Origin: an uncultured Gammaproteobacteria bacterium
GTDB taxonomy: Bacteria > Pseudomonadota > Gammaproteobacteria > DRLM01
DNA: 64,000 bases
Direction: 5' to 3'
NCBI GenBank assembly: GCA_963729605.1
Contig: CAVSNY010000007.1
Location: 864,001 to 928,000, forward strand
A program made the position numbers and the translations under genes. Numbering within the stretch: position 1 is the stretch's first letter; each line of letters opens with the position of its first letter. Shown here in pieces: positions 63,040 to 64,000 of the stretch. The notes under the pieces were generated by a model. It was not told the origin of the DNA. It did no database searches and was given only the letters and a program-made list of their open reading frames with translations.

Positions 63040-64000
63040 ATGCAGGCAACAGGCGTGCTGTTTGGTCAGGTGTTGACGGTGTTCGGCATTGTGATCGCCG
63101 GCGTGTGGACCGCCACACAATGGACCGCCGCAGCCTTGGGCTATCAGCTACGCCTGGGCGCGCCTTGGTTCGACTTCTTCGGCACGCCGGTCTATCACCC
63201 GTGGCGGTTGTTCGAGTGGTGGTTCTTCTTCGATGCCTACGCGCCCGACGTCTTCACCAAGCGGCGGCGCCATCGCCGGTTCCAGCGGCCTGGTCGCGGT
63301 GGTGGTCGCCATCGGCATGTCGGTGTGGCGCGCGCGGCAATCGCGCCTGGTCACGACCTACGGCTCGGCGCGCTGGGCCGACGCCGCTGACATCCGCAAG
63401 GCCAGATTGGCTCGGCCCGTCAGGCGTGTTTCTCGGCCTGCACGACGGCCGCTACCTGCGCCACGACGGTCCGGAGCACGTCATGGCCTTTGCGCCCACG
63501 CGCTCGGGCAAGGGCGTGGGCCTCGTCGTGCCGACCCTGCTGACCTGGCCCGGCTCGGCGGTCATCCACGACATCAAGGGCGAGAACTGGCAGCTCACCG
63601 CCGGCTGGCGCTCGCGCTTCTCGCATTGCCTGCTGTTCAATCCGACCGATCCGCGCTCCGCCGCCTACAACCCGCTGCTGGAAGTGCGTCGCGGCGCGCA
63701 TGAAGTGCGCGACGTGCAGAACATCGCCGACATTCTGGTCGATCCCGAAGGCGCGCTGGAGCGGCGCAACCACTGGGAGAAGACCAGTCCACGCGCTGCT
63801 GGTCGGCGCCATCCTGCATGTGCTCTACGCCGGGCGAGGACAAGACGCTGCGCGGTGTGGCCAACTTCCTGTCCGATCCGGCGTGCCCGTTCGAGCTGAC
63901 GCTGCACCGGATGATGACGACGCAGCACCTGGGTGATGCGCCCGCATCCGGTCGTCGCCTCCGCCGCGCGCGAAGTGCTGAACAAGAGCGACAACGAGCG
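63040..64000 (+). CDS. traG: Type IV coupling protein TraG/VirD4 (3' truncated; several frameshifts)
   Basis: ATQWTA..LG, TTYGSARWA, HDGPEH..APTRSGKGVGLVVPTLL, HDIKGENW, YNPLLEVR, spread over several frames. Confidence 0.9.

Larger units (their letters stand above)
18017..64000. mobile_element. Tn4371-family ICE (left end at about 18017; continues past the window)
   Basis: Left-end sequence TTTTTTATTTCACCATGACTCCAG resembles the Tn4371 end as I recall it. Canonical gene order int-(cargo)-radC-DUF932-parB-DUF736-(cargo)-HTH-DUF2958-DUF2285-xis-repA-parA-parG-DUF2840-traF-relaxase-(cargo)-traR-eex-traG. Confidence 0.93.

Overview
The window has two parts. Bases 1-18016 are host chromosome of a GC-rich proteobacterium: pgk-pyk-fba, three nucleotide-sugar genes, and an XrtA/PEP-CTERM-type locus (sugar transferase, prsK-prsR-prsT, and a sigma54-driven PEP-CTERM protein). 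From about 18017 to beyond the window end is a Tn4371-family integrative conjugative element (ICE) inserted in the T-tract of the PEP-CTERM gene's terminator. The backbone is int, DUF1016, radC, DUF932, parB, DUF736, Xre-HTH, DUF2958, DUF2285, xis, repA-oriV-parA-parG, traF, relaxase, traR, eex and traG. It carries three cargo blocks. (1) An orphan HigA regulator, an Mrr-like nuclease and a Lamassu/ABC-three-component defence operon. (2) A CdnE-type CBASS (patatin plus CD-NTase) followed by a 581-aa protein with a diadenylate-cyclase (DisA_N/DAC)-like domain, all downstream of the backbone Xre regulator. This is the best candidate for an undescribed system. (3) A mosaic copper-resistance island (cusRS, cusCBAF, copAB, copCD) with three cop boxes, whose last operon points into traR. 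An IS4-family element has split the DUF2958 start codon from its ribosome-binding site. Several frameshifts, including in the housekeeping gene pgk, are probably sequencing errors. All family assignments come from reading motifs by eye; no searches were run.
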